56,990 nucleotides of DNA, from positions 1 to 56,990 of the forward strand of contig CBFIHN010000004.1 of assembly GCA_965662575.1 (NCBI GenBank). The letters run 5' to 3'. Below, piece by piece: positions 45,330-55,538 of this stretch (position 1 is the first letter of the stretch; each line of letters opens with the position of its first letter). The notes under the pieces were generated by a model. That model ran no database searches and was not told where the DNA came from. It worked only from the letters and a program-made list of their open reading frames with translations. The stretch comes from Gammaproteobacteria bacterium (lineage in GTDB: Bacteria; Pseudomonadota; Gammaproteobacteria; Francisellales; CACEW01). The position numbers and the translations under genes are program-made.

Positions 45330-45899
45330 TCAGGTCTTGGCAGTTTGCAATAGGGCATAAGTCAGTTCTTTGGTCTGTTTAATACGATGAACTATCCACT
45401 GATGGTCTAATTTTTTTTCGAGTTTTAATGTTGTTTCACATTCAACGTAAACCAATGCTCCGGGTTTGAGCCATCGCCATTGCTGCAAATGTTTTAGACA
45501 AGGCAAGACTAGGTTTTGGTGAAAGGGGGGGTCAACAAAAACAAGATCAAAGGGATGTTGGGCTGTTTGCTGTAGCCATCGTATGCTATTAGCTTGCTTT
45601 GCTTTAGCATTGGGCCCAGCTCCTAATTCAGACAGTGATTGCTGCAATTGCTTAAGTGTGCGAAGATTTTTTTCCAGAAAAATGACCTGTGCTGCACCAC
45701 GTGATAAGGCCTCTAGGCCGAGAACGCCACTGCCCGCAAAAGCGTCAAGGCAATTTGCCCCTGGAGTATAAGCAGCCAACCAGTTAAACACCGTTTCTCG
45801 AATACGGTCACCGGATGGGCGTAGACCAGGCGAGGGATGAAAATGGATGTGACGGCCGCGCCATGTGCCGCCAATAATACGTAGGCGATGGTTGCGCAT
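45330..45899 (-). CDS. rsmD: 16S rRNA m2G966 methyltransferase
   Basis: LRIIGG, RETVFNWL, FAGSG.LG.EALSRGA, DPPF. Confidence 0.95.
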   Translation of the reverse strand: MRNHRLRIIGGTWRGRHIHFHPSPGLRPSGDRIRETVFNWLAAYTPGANCLDAFAGSGVLGLEALSRGAAQVIFLEKNLRTLKQLQQSLSELGAGPNAKAKQANSIRWLQQTAQHPFDLVFVDPPFHQNLVLPCLKHLQQWRWLKPGALVYVECETTLKLEKKLDHQWIVHRIKQTKELTYALLQTAKT

Positions 45900-46165
45900 A
45901 ACTGAAATTTTTTAGGTCATGCATCTATTATGGGGCTGCTGCAGATTTTTTTCACCAAAAATCGTGAAAAAGTCGTCTTATTCTGTCAACCACTTAACCT
46001 GTTGAAACTCATGTGATTCAATGTGACCGAATTCCAACAATATATGCTATTTGGACTGTCGGTAACATTCTCTATGAGTCAATTCACTCGTGCTTGTTTA
46101 TTTGCTTTTTTAGCATCACGCCGCTAGTATTCTCTATAAATAATAACCATTTAAGGAAGTGCTCT

Positions 46166-46372
46166 ATGGCACGTGTTACTGTTGAAGATTGTTTAGGCAA
46201 TGTCGCTAGCCGGTTTGAACTTATTTTACTTGCCAGCAAGCGTGCGCACCAACTACTGCGTACAGGTGAGGAGCCCATGGTGCCCTGGGATAATGATAAA
46301 GTGACAGTCGTTGCGCTACGAGAAATTGCTGAAGGAAAAATAGCAAAGAGTACCTACTCGGATGGAAGGTAA
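46166..46372 (+). CDS. rpoZ: RNA polymerase omega subunit
   Basis: [23 protein letters not shown]; ATG at 46166. Confidence 0.95.
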   Translation: MARVTVEDCLGNVASRFELILLASKRAHQLLRTGEEPMVPWDNDKVTVVALREIAEGKIAKSTYSDGR

Positions 46373-46405
46373 AAAAAGAGTCGTTGGTTTGTAGGTAAAC
46401 ATTCT

Positions 46406-48520
46406 GTGTTTTTATTTGCCCAGCTTTTGCCGTGGCTTTCACAATATCTTGACCGACAGCAACTTAACAACATTGCTCGCGCTTATCTGTTAGGTGCTGA
46501 CGCCCATGAGGCACAGCTGCGCAGCTCAGGTGAGCCGTATATTACGCATCCGGTTGCTGTAGCGACTATTCTTGCGCAATTAAAAATGGACCCAGAAACG
46601 GTTATGGCGGCCATTTTGCATGATGTTGTTGAAGACACTGACGTTACTCGTGTGCAGTTAAAAGCGGCGTTCGGTGAAAAAACCGCCGAGTTGGTTGATG
46701 GTGTCACGAAGCTAACTAAAATTCAGTTTGGCTCGAAGCAAGAAGCACAAGCTGAAAATTTTCGTAAAATGATGCTTGCCATGGTCGGTGATATTCGCGT
46801 TATTTTGATTAAACTTGCTGATCGAACGCACAATATGCGTACACTTGGTGCTTTGCGCCCAGATAAACGCCGACGCATTGCGCGTGAGACCTTAGAAATT
46901 TATGCGCCCATTGCCAATCGTTTAGGGATGCACGATATTAAGTGTGAGCTTGAAGATTTAGGTTTTCAAGCCATGTATCCCATGCGCTATCGTGTGTTGA
47001 AGGCTTGTGTGGAGCGTGCTCGTGGCAATCGTTTGCGCTTGTTTGAAAGAATAGAACAATCTCTCGAAACTTATTTAAATGAAACATTGGTTAAATACGA
47101 GCTCTGTGGTCGGCAAAAGCGTTTATACAGCATTTTCAAAAAGATGCGCAATAAAGGCTTGCCACTGTCTGAAATTATGGATGTTTATGCCTTTCGCATT
47201 CTCTGCAAAGATCGTAGCACTTGTTATCAACTATTGGGTGCTGTTCATGCTTTGTATAAGCCAGTGCCAGGACGCTTTAAAGATTATATCGCCATTCCTA
47301 AAGCGAATGGTTACCAATCACTGCATACGGTTTTGTTTGGGCCTTATGGTGTGCCAATTGAAATCCAAATTCGTACTGAGCACATGGAGCATATGGCCAA
47401 GCATGGTATTGCCGCCCATTGGCGCTACAAAGACACTGCGCCGATTAAAGAAACAGAAGTCCGGACACATGAGTGGTTGAAACGGTTGATAGATATGCAG
47501 CGTCAATCGGGCAATTCACTGGAGTTTATTGAGAATGTCAAGATCGATTTATTTCCCGATGAAATTTATTTGTTCACACCAAAAGGAGATATTTTTGAGT
47601 TGCCTCGTGGTGCGCGGGTAATTGATTTTGCCTATGCTGTGCACACTGAAATTGGCAATCGTTGTATTGCAGCAAAAGTCAACCGACGTTCAGTGCCTTT
47701 AAGCGAGAAGCTCTCAAGTGGTCAAACGATAGAGATTATGACTGCCGAGACACCCTGTGCCAACCCTCTGTGGTTGGAGTATGCGTTGACGGGTAAAGCA
47801 AAATCTGCAATTCGTCAAAATTTGAAAGTGCAAGCAACACGAGAGGCTGAGCTGCTGGGTAAAAAATTATTTAATGTTGCGCTAGCTTCGTACCAATTGA
47901 GTTGGGATCAATTGACGACAGTCAGTAAGGCAAAGTTACTAGAAGCTAAAAAGTATGCGTCTGACAGCGCGTTGTTGGTTGACATTTCTCAAGGTGCTTT
48001 ATCAACTAATGAGTTGGCAGATTTAGTTTGCAAGTGGCAACATGGCGGTGATGATGAGGTCCCGATAACGAAAAATCACATCGATATTTCAGGCGAGGAA
48101 GGTCAAAGTCATTTTGCAACTTGTTGTTATCCACTGCCAGGCGATCATATTGTGGGTGTTATCGAAAAAACAAAAGGTTTGGTGGTGCATCAAGTGCAAT
48201 GTGCTTTTTTTCAGCGTTTGCAGCGTAAGTCTTCTCAATATATTGCGCCAGAGCTACGCTGGTCCGAGAATCTGGCAACACAATTTGCGGCTAAAATTCG
48301 CATTGATGCAGAAAATAATCGCGGTATTATTGCCGCTATTAGTACAGAAATCACTGATTCGGCAGCGGATATTTTAAATTTTGAGGTCATTGAAGTTGGC
48401 AAACAATATTGTATTTTTTCAATCGTTATTTCTGTGGAAAACCGGGTTCATTTAGCGCGCATTATTAGAAAAATACGGCATATTAGTGCCATTATGCGTG
48501 TTCACCGTTGGCGTGAGTAG
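46406..48520 (+). CDS. spoT: Bifunctional (p)ppGpp synthetase/hydrolase SpoT
   Basis: Intact HDVVED, KDYIAIPKANGYQSLHT, TGS and ACT domains. Confidence 0.96.
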   Translation: MFLFAQLLPWLSQYLDRQQLNNIARAYLLGADAHEAQLRSSGEPYITHPVAVATILAQLKMDPETVMAAILHDVVEDTDVTRVQLKAAFGEKTAELVDGVTKLTKIQFGSKQEAQAENFRKMMLAMVGDIRVILIKLADRTHNMRTLGALRPDKRRRIARETLEIYAPIANRLGMHDIKCELEDLGFQAMYPMRYRVLKACVERARGNRLRLFERIEQSLETYLNETLVKYELCGRQKRLYSIFKKMRNKGLPLSEIMDVYAFRILCKDRSTCYQLLGAVHALYKPVPGRFKDYIAIPKANGYQSLHTVLFGPYGVPIEIQIRTEHMEHMAKHGIAAHWRYKDTAPIKETEVRTHEWLKRLIDMQRQSGNSLEFIENVKIDLFPDEIYLFTPKGDIFELPRGARVIDFAYAVHTEIGNRCIAAKVNRRSVPLSEKLSSGQTIEIMTAETPCANPLWLEYALTGKAKSAIRQNLKVQATREAELLGKKLFNVALASYQLSWDQLTTVSKAKLLEAKKYASDSALLVDISQGALSTNELADLVCKWQHGGDDEVPITKNHIDISGEEGQSHFATCCYPLPGDHIVGVIEKTKGLVVHQVQCAFFQRLQRKSSQYIAPELRWSENLATQFAAKIRIDAENNRGIIAAISTEITDSAADILNFEVIEVGKQYCIFSIVISVENRVHLARIIRKIRHISAIMRVHRWRE

Positions 48521-48613
48521 CAACAAGGGTTTACCTGAAAATTTTTAATACCTCATTTTTTGCACTTAAATGTGAAAGTGTGATAGGCAGTTTATTTTAC
48601 AAGGTCGTTCAAT

Positions 48614-48994
48614 ATGTCAAAGCATCAAATCCAAACTCGTCATGCCCCAGAGGCTATTGGTCCTTATTCACAAGCCATTGCAGATAATGGCTTGCTGTAT
48701 CTTTCTGGGCAAATTCCATTAGACCCCCAAACAATGAAGCTTATTGATGGGTCAATTGAGCAAGAAATTAAGCAAGTATTTGAAAATCTCAAAGCAGTTT
48801 GTCAAGCTGCTGGTATTACCCTCGATCATATTATTAAGCTTAATGTTTATATAACTGACTTTGCACATTATGACTGCCTTAACCACGTTGCTGCGCAATA
48901 TTTTTCTCAACCTTATCCTGCTCGTGCCGTGGTGCAGGTAACGGCTTTACCCAAGGGGGCCCGTGTCGAGATTGAGGGGATTGCGAAATTATAG
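48614..48994 (+). CDS. ridA: RidA/YjgF family enamine deaminase
   Basis: AIGPYSQA, SGQIPLDP, YPARA, VEIE. Confidence 0.92.
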   Translation: MSKHQIQTRHAPEAIGPYSQAIADNGLLYLSGQIPLDPQTMKLIDGSIEQEIKQVFENLKAVCQAAGITLDHIIKLNVYITDFAHYDCLNHVAAQYFSQPYPARAVVQVTALPKGARVEIEGIAKL

Positions 48995-49286
48995 CTTGCA
49001 TACGCTTGACTTATTGTAAAACACCGGTAAAACCATGCGTGTTAATAACTCCAATGATGTCAAGGAAAAAACTTGAAAAAAATCAGAAAAAACTTCTTGA
49101 CATGATAATTTTTATCGTTTCTATGCACATGGGCCAGTCTAGTCAATTTTGCGCGATATATTTAAGTTATAAAATAAGAATTTTAGTTTAACCATATGAT
49201 TTATATATTTTTTTTAAAGCTAATGATTGGTGGTATTAACTTGACAATCGGAGATGCCATGTTTTTTCACCAAACTATTAACATTT

Positions 49287-49349
49287 TTATCCACAGGGGG
49301 AGGCAGTGTCAGAATGTTTGAGAGTCTTTGTGGATAAAGTTGTGTGTAA
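49287..49349. promoter_or_regulatory. DnaA box cluster
   Basis: TTATCCACA at 49287-49295, TGTGGATAA at 49329-49337, near-match TGTGTGTAA at 49341-49349. Confidence 0.65.
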
Positions 49350-49372
49350 ATCGATATCCCACGGATAATACA

Positions 49373-51541
49373 ATGATTTTTCGTGTTGCCGTACCTGGCC
49401 CGTTCAAACAGGGGCTTGATTATGTATCAGAAAAACCTTTATCCCCAGGTGTGCGGGTTGAGGTGCCTTTAGCGAGCCGGACATTAGTTGGTGTCGTTCT
49501 GGCGCAATCTGATGGAACTGATTGCGACCCAAATAAGCTCAAGCCTATTGCGGCATGTCTCGATGAGCAGCGATTATTTACAGAAGAACAAATGAGCCTA
49601 TATCAGTGGATTGCGCAGTATTATCACGCATCAATTGGTGATGTTATTGCAACGGCGCTTGCTAAACCACTACTCGAAGGCAAAGCACTACAAGCACAGC
49701 AGCAACGCTTTTGGCAAGTAACAGAACGGGGTCAGGATGTACCACTGGCGCGGCTGAAAAAATCTAGACTTCAAGCCCATGCATTACAGTTATTGCAGCA
49801 ATCTTTATTTCCCATTGCAGATAGCGAGCTGAGGCGATTGGATATTTCCGTACGAACCTTGATGGCCTTGAAGAAAAAAGCGCTTATTGACGCTGTGTAT
49901 CAGAGTAAAGCGACGGTCATTCATCAGCACAGCATGCCCGCATTAAATCTCAATGCACAGCAGCAGCATGCGGTTAATGCTGGTATCAACGCATTGGGCT
50001 CTTTTCAAACATTGTTGTTAGACGGTGTCACTGGTAGTGGCAAAACCGAAGTTTATATACACATTATTGAGCAAGTGCTTGCTAAAGACCAACAGGCTTT
50101 GGTGTTGGTGCCTGAAATTGGGTTAACCCCGCAGACACTCATGCGCTTTCGCCAACGTTTTGCAGTACCTATTGTTAGTCTACACTCTGAGTTAAATGAT
50201 ACTGATATTTTACACAACTGGGCATTGGCCCATCGTGCAGAAGCCAGAATTGTTATTGGTACGCGCTCGTCAATTTTTGTGCCAATGCCAAAGCTTGGTT
50301 TGATTATTCTTGATGAAGAACATGACTCTTCTTTCAAGCAAAGTACCAACCTACGTTATCATGGGCGTGATGTGGCCATCATGCGTGCACATTTTAGCAA
50401 TATTCCAATTATACTTGGCACTGCCACACCAACGCTGGAAACTTTACGCAATACCTATCTCCACCGCTATCAACACTTAGAGTTAGCTAATCGTGCAGGC
50501 ACAGCCGGGCAGCCAACGTATCATGTAATTGATATGCGCCAGCAACCTTTACAATCAGGTTTGTCCAAACCACTGATTGATGCAATTAAGCAACATCTTG
50601 CGAAAAATGGACAAGTGATTTTATTTTTAAATCGTCGTGGCTTCGCGCCGGTACTGGTGTGTCATGATTGTGGCTGGAGTCATCAATGTGAACGTTGTGA
50701 TACACATTACACGGTACATCAGCATCCACCACACTTATGTTGCCATCATTGTGGCCAGCAAAAAGCCGTTGACCAATCTTGCCCGCGCTGTCACTCGAGT
50801 GCGATTCAGACGATTGGTTTGGGTACTGAGCAAATTGAAGCAACATTGCAATCACTGTTTTCTGAGCAGGATGTTCTTCGTCTTGATCGCACGAGTATGA
50901 GTAAAAGAGGTTCGCTTAACCAGGCGTTAGAAAAAATTCACCGAGGACAAGCCAAAATTATTATTGGTACACAAATGCTTGCCAAAGGTCATCATTTTGC
51001 TAATGTCACGATGGTCGGTATCGTCAATTTAGATGGCGCTTTGTTTAGTTGCGATTTTCGTGCGATTGAACATATGGGGCAATTATTATTGCAAGTTGCT
51101 GGTCGTGCTGGGCGTGAAGAACGTCGTGGTGAGGTTTATTTGCAGACACATCAACCTGAACACGCCGCTTTGCAGCTATTATTAGAGCAAGGTTATTCTG
51201 CATTCAGTCAGGGTTTATTAAGCGAGCGTCAAGAAGCGCTGCTGCCACCTTTTTCTTATCTTGCCTTATTCCGTGCAGAGGCAAAGGATAAGCAGTGTGC
51301 TAAGGATTTTCTTTCTGCTATTGGTCGATCCCTTCCGCAATCAGATTCTTTAATTATTTTGGGTCCTGTCCCCAGTGTCATTGCCAGGCGTGCTAACTTT
51401 TATTGTTTTCAGTTATTGTTGCAGTCCGTAACACGTCAGGCATTGCATTATGCGATTGAACAGGCTTTGAGAGGGCTAGATGCTTCTTTAGCACGTAAAG
51501 TGCGTTGGTCACTTGATATTGATCCGCAAGATGTTTTGTAG
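49373..51541 (+). CDS. priA: Primosomal protein N' (PriA)
   Basis: GVTGSGKTEVY, DEEHD, LNRRGF, Cys-rich region, QVAGRAGR; ATG at 49373. Confidence 0.97.
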   Translation: MIFRVAVPGPFKQGLDYVSEKPLSPGVRVEVPLASRTLVGVVLAQSDGTDCDPNKLKPIAACLDEQRLFTEEQMSLYQWIAQYYHASIGDVIATALAKPLLEGKALQAQQQRFWQVTERGQDVPLARLKKSRLQAHALQLLQQSLFPIADSELRRLDISVRTLMALKKKALIDAVYQSKATVIHQHSMPALNLNAQQQHAVNAGINALGSFQTLLLDGVTGSGKTEVYIHIIEQVLAKDQQALVLVPEIGLTPQTLMRFRQRFAVPIVSLHSELNDTDILHNWALAHRAEARIVIGTRSSIFVPMPKLGLIILDEEHDSSFKQSTNLRYHGRDVAIMRAHFSNIPIILGTATPTLETLRNTYLHRYQHLELANRAGTAGQPTYHVIDMRQQPLQSGLSKPLIDAIKQHLAKNGQVILFLNRRGFAPVLVCHDCGWSHQCERCDTHYTVHQHPPHLCCHHCGQQKAVDQSCPRCHSSAIQTIGLGTEQIEATLQSLFSEQDVLRLDRTSMSKRGSLNQALEKIHRGQAKIIIGTQMLAKGHHFANVTMVGIVNLDGALFSCDFRAIEHMGQLLLQVAGRAGREERRGEVYLQTHQPEHAALQLLLEQGYSAFSQGLLSERQEALLPPFSYLALFRAEAKDKQCAKDFLSAIGRSLPQSDSLIILGPVPSVIARRANFYCFQLLLQSVTRQALHYAIEQALRGLDASLARKVRWSLDIDPQDVL

Positions 51542-51684
51542 AGATACAAAGGTGGGCAATGGTTGCGTTTCGTCGAATGCCAATGAATTAAATACAGTGT
51601 GGTTAGCCATAACAGTCGTTGTGGGATGGCATATTTCGCATCAACATCTTACAATAGATCTGATAACAATAATCACATATATTA

Positions 51685-52125
51685 ATGGAAGTTGTTGAAC
51701 ACAGTGCGCTGTTGCCGTACTCCACCGAACAAATCTATCAATTGGTTTCTGATATCGAGTCCTATCCAGCGTTTTTGCCTTGGTGTAAAAGCACGCAGAT
51801 ACATGAAAAAACCGAGCATCAAGTCACTGCTAGTATCGAGGTTGCTAAGGGGGGGATTTCGCAAAAACTCACGACATGTAATATTTTAAAACCTTTTGAT
51901 TCCATGGATATGCAATTGGTTGATGGGCCATTTCATCGCTTTTCTGGTTTATGGACATTTCAATCACTATCAGCATGTGCAAGCAAAGTAACTTTACATA
52001 TGGAATTTGAATTTAACAGTAAAACGATGGCCTTTTTGCTAGGGCCTTTATTTAATCAAGCAGCTAACACCTTGGTTGATGCTTTTTGCCAACGCGCGCA
52101 CCAAGAGGCACTGCGATGCAAGTAG
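51685..52125 (+). CDS. ratA: RatA/PasT (Coq10-like START domain)
   Basis: LVSDIESYPAFLPWC, LVDGPF, LVDAFCQRA. Confidence 0.92.
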   Translation: MEVVEHSALLPYSTEQIYQLVSDIESYPAFLPWCKSTQIHEKTEHQVTASIEVAKGGISQKLTTCNILKPFDSMDMQLVDGPFHRFSGLWTFQSLSACASKVTLHMEFEFNSKTMAFLLGPLFNQAANTLVDAFCQRAHQEALRCK

Positions 52126-52385
52126 AAGTTGTTTATGGGAGTTCAGAACAGCAACAACTACTCACCGTGGAGCTACCCCAGGGTAGTACAGCACAAATGG
52201 CTGTGGTTAAATCTGACATGAGAAAATACTATCCGGAAATTGATTTGAATCAATTGTCTTTGGGTGTTTTTAGCAAGCCTATCAATCCTGAGACGGTACT
52301 TTATGAAGGTGATCGTGTTGAGATTTATCGACCCCTGACAATTGATCCGATGCAGCGCCGGCGTTTGCGGCAAGCACAGAAATGA
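52116..52385 (+). CDS. ratB: RatB/RnfH family protein
   Basis: GDRVEIYRPLTIDP; ATG at 52116. Confidence 0.9.
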   Translation: MQVEVVYGSSEQQQLLTVELPQGSTAQMAVVKSDMRKYYPEIDLNQLSLGVFSKPINPETVLYEGDRVEIYRPLTIDPMQRRRLRQAQK

Positions 52386-52492
52386 TCTCTGCGAATGAGG
52401 CAGGGAAGTTTTGGATTACGTGTGTGAGTATTGGCAAATAAAAAATATAGATTATAATCTGAATTTGGTAAGGGACTACATGGTAAAGGACT

Positions 52493-53146
52493 ATGAAGAT
52501 ACTATTAGCCGAAGACAGCCCAGATACTGCTGAGTATATTATTCAGCGTTTGGAAGAAGAAGGCTATGTCGTTGACTGGGCATCGGACGGCATTGTTTCC
52601 GAGAAAATGGCGCTTAGCGCGCACTATGATGCTATCATTATGGACCTGGGTTTGCCTGGTAAATCTGGCGATATTGTTATCCGAGATTTGCGTCGGCAAA
52701 ATTGCCTAGTTCCGACACTCATTTTGACTGCGAATAATGAAGAAATAGATTGCTTGTCCGGGTTTTTGTCAGGTGCAGATGACTATCTGAATAAACCATT
52801 TTCTTTTGAGGTGTTGCTTCAGCGGTTGCGTGCATTAGCACGTCGTCGTGTCCAAGATTGTACTGGGATTTTGGCATGCCGTGATTTGATGTTGAATATG
52901 AACAATCGGACAGTATATTTGAATGATACTCAGCTTGAGCTTTCGGAATATGAGTATAAGTTATTGAAAATATTTCTCGAGAATCAGGAGCGGGTTTTAG
53001 ACAAGTTGCATTTAATGGAAATGATCTATAGCTGGACTCATGGCATCTCTAGCAATGTGATTGAAGTTCATATACACAGTCTGCGTAAGAAGCTCGGTAA
53101 GGGTTATATTAAAACTCGGCGTGGCTTGGGTTATCAGTTAGCTTAA
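52493..53146 (+). CDS. OmpR-family response regulator (QseB/PmrA-like), orphan
   Basis: DLGLPG, GADDYLNKPF, NVIEVHIHSLRKKLG, TRRGLGY. Confidence 0.9.
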   Translation: MKILLAEDSPDTAEYIIQRLEEEGYVVDWASDGIVSEKMALSAHYDAIIMDLGLPGKSGDIVIRDLRRQNCLVPTLILTANNEEIDCLSGFLSGADDYLNKPFSFEVLLQRLRALARRRVQDCTGILACRDLMLNMNNRTVYLNDTQLELSEYEYKLLKIFLENQERVLDKLHLMEMIYSWTHGISSNVIEVHIHSLRKKLGKGYIKTRRGLGYQLA

Positions 53147-53148
53147 AG

Positions 53149-53208
53149 GGGACTGTTGCAAACCAATTTCTAGCGGCACTAGCGTCGTTGAAAAAAATGA
53201 AAAACTGC
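53149..53208 (+). mobile_element. Family A MITE, left half, fused to an IS remnant
   Basis: Matches the consensus up to GAAAAACTGC, then switches to transposase sequence. Confidence 0.85.
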
Positions 53209-53543
53209 GTCAAAAAGCGTTCTCGCGTTGAAGCGTTGATGGTTGTCATGGCGTTGTGCTTATTGGTATACAACTATACACAGTATAGGCTGAGAGCAGC
53301 CTTGGAAAAAGAGAGTGAGACTTTACCCAACCACATTAACAGGCCGGTTAAAAATCCCACTTTGCGCTGGGTATTTCAACTGATGGAAGGTATTGTAATT
53401 GTTAGAATATATGACCCGATTAAGCAGGTGTTCAACGCCACTATTATCAAGCTCAATGATTTGAGAATTAAAATCATTAGGCTGCTAGGAGCTACTGCCT
53501 GCAATATTGACGGAATCCCTCAGGAGATCGCGGTAATGTAGGG
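53209..53543 (+). pseudogene. IS1634-family transposase C-terminal fragment with probable right end
   Basis: KKRSRVEALMVVMALCLLVY...LPNHINRPVKNPTLRWVFQLMEGI; ends GCGGTAATGTAGGG. Confidence 0.8.
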
Positions 53544-53620
53544 TCGTTACTCACATATTTGATATACGCTGCGTTACAATGCTAGAAATTCTACGATTTC
53601 TGACGCACTCTGATTAAATG

Positions 53621-54709
53621 TCAACAGCCTCTAGAAAAATCAAAATCCATTTGGGCTGCTTCTTGATTAGAAAGGTCTTTAAGACCTACGCCAATACCCA
53701 GTAACCGCACTGGCTTATTCATGCGAGAGTAGGCTTTTTTCAAAAGCTGAAGCACAGTTTCCAGCTCAATGTTATTGGCCTGAGCTTCTGCTGTCGTTTG
53801 TTTGAAATCTTTAAATTTGAGTTTTACAAAAACACTTTTAATGGCTCTACCTTCCATCACTGGTGCCATACGTTTTCTAAGTTCAATAATCAGAGCCGCG
53901 ATATGTTGCTCGAACAGTTTGGTATCCGTAATATCTTGCTCGTAGGTTTTTTCAACGCTAATAGATTTGCGTATACGCTGTGGGTTTACTTGGCGATGAT
54001 CAACGCCCCGACAATAGTGATAGAGTGCGCCACCAAATTTACCAAATCGTTGGTTAAGAGTTTCTTGATCAAGTTTTTGCAAGTCCTGACAGGTTTCAAC
54101 ACCCATCTTATTCAGCTTAGCTAACGTTGCTTTGCCTACGCCATATAATCGTTTTACAGGCAACTCACTAATAAAATCTAAAGCCTGATCCGGTGGCACG
54201 ACACAAATGCCATTAGGTTTATTAACATCACTCGCGATTTTAGCGATTAGCTTGTTAGGGCCCACGCCTGCTGAAGCGGTTAGTTGGATCTTTTCGAAAA
54301 TGAGATGTCTAATTTCTTCAGCCATCAATGTTGCACTGCCTTGGCAATGGCTTGAATGAGTAACATCTAAATAAGCTTCATCTAGTGATAGAGGTTCAAT
54401 TTGATCTGTGAAGCGCTTAAAGATGCTTCTAATGTCTTTTGATATCTCTTTGTATTTAGTCATATGGCCAGGAATAATCATCAGCTCAGGGCAGATTTCT
54501 TTTGCGCGTGCTGATGACATGGCAGAGTGAACACCAAATTTGCGCGCATTGTAGTTACAGGTGGCAATAACACCTCTTTTACCTGGTTGGCCACCAACAG
54601 CAACGAGCTTATCTTTGAGTCTGGGATTATCCCGTATTTCAACAGAAACAAAGAATGAATCCATATCGATGTGGATGATTTTTCTTTGGTCGTTTGGTGT
54701 GTTTTTCAA
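53621..54709 (-). CDS. dinB: DNA polymerase IV
   Basis: IIHIDMDSFFVSVE, YNARKFGVHSAM, SLDEAYLD, SDVNKPNG; clamp-binding-like QMDFDF. Confidence 0.96.
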   Translation of the reverse strand: MKNTPNDQRKIIHIDMDSFFVSVEIRDNPRLKDKLVAVGGQPGKRGVIATCNYNARKFGVHSAMSSARAKEICPELMIIPGHMTKYKEISKDIRSIFKRFTDQIEPLSLDEAYLDVTHSSHCQGSATLMAEEIRHLIFEKIQLTASAGVGPNKLIAKIASDVNKPNGICVVPPDQALDFISELPVKRLYGVGKATLAKLNKMGVETCQDLQKLDQETLNQRFGKFGGALYHYCRGVDHRQVNPQRIRKSISVEKTYEQDITDTKLFEQHIAALIIELRKRMAPVMEGRAIKSVFVKLKFKDFKQTTAEAQANNIELETVLQLLKKAYSRMNKPVRLLGIGVGLKDLSNQEAAQMDFDFSRGC

Positions 54710-54774
54710 TACAAGTCTCGCAATTAAGTTGTCATATTCTAAGCGTTTTCAATGATAGCTCAAAAAGCTTAATA

Positions 54775-54917
54775 GGGGCTGTTGCAAACTGGTTTATAGT
54801 GAGCAATAGCTAGGCGAAAAAAATTAAAAAAGCGGAGTTTATGCCTAATATAATGAGTAGTTTTTCATTTTTTTTCAATGACGCTAGTGCCGCTAGAAAT
54901 TAGTTTTCAACAGTCCC
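54775..54917 (-). mobile_element. Family A MITE, full copy, reverse orientation
   Basis: GGGGCTGTTGCAA...TTTCAACAGTCCC; flanks TAATA and TAAAA. Confidence 0.9.
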
Positions 54918-54927
54918 TAAAACAGTG

Positions 54928-54977
54928 TTGACAGGGGTGGTTAAATAGTCTATCTTGAATAGCGTACATTAATCAAG
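54928..54977 (+). promoter_or_regulatory. Sigma-70 promoter with overlapping palindromic operator
   Basis: TTGACA-N17-TATCTT; imperfect palindrome CTTGAATAGCGT/ACATTAATCAAG at 54954-54977. Confidence 0.7.
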
Positions 54978-55523
54978 ATGAATGAAAACATGCACGGCGG
55001 ATATCGTAAAAATGCAGGTAGGCCAAAAGATACAGGCACTTATAAGGAAGTGACTAAACCTGTCCGCATACCGCTATCGCGATTAGATGAAGTCTATGCG
55101 CTCATTCGCAATGAAGTTAGTGTCGCTGACAATGTCATTGAGTTGCCACTGTTTGATTCAAAGGTAGCTGCAGGTATACCGACAACAGCCGATGATACAA
55201 TTGATGAAATGATTAACTTAAACGATTTGCTAGTACATAACCCTAAAGATACCTTTATGGTTAAGGCGATCGGTGAGTCAATGATCAATGCGGGAATTAA
55301 CTCAGGTGATCTAATGGTCGTTGATAAAAAAATTGAACCTAAAAGCGGCAGGGTGGTTATTGCTGCAGTTGATGGTGAGCTGACAGTCAAACGTTTACTT
55401 AAAACAGCAGCCAAAACACAGTTGTTGCCGGAAAACCCTGACTTTAAGCCGATCGATATTACAGAACATAGTGATGCCGCCATTATTGGCGTAGTTACCA
55501 ACACAATTCATCCAATCAATTAA
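54978..55523 (+). CDS. UmuD/LexA-family S24 autopeptidase with basic N-terminal extension
   Basis: VAAG cleavage site, GESM (Ser), TVKRL (Lys); N-terminal HGGYRKNAGRPK. Confidence 0.9.
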   Translation: MNENMHGGYRKNAGRPKDTGTYKEVTKPVRIPLSRLDEVYALIRNEVSVADNVIELPLFDSKVAAGIPTTADDTIDEMINLNDLLVHNPKDTFMVKAIGESMINAGINSGDLMVVDKKIEPKSGRVVIAAVDGELTVKRLLKTAAKTQLLPENPDFKPIDITEHSDAAIIGVVTNTIHPIN

Positions 55524-55538
55524 ATACATAAGGAGACG

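Noticed and set aside
51685-52385. ratA-ratB as a novel toxin-antitoxin or defence system
   Set aside because: Widely conserved housekeeping pair (Coq10-like protein plus RnfH family).
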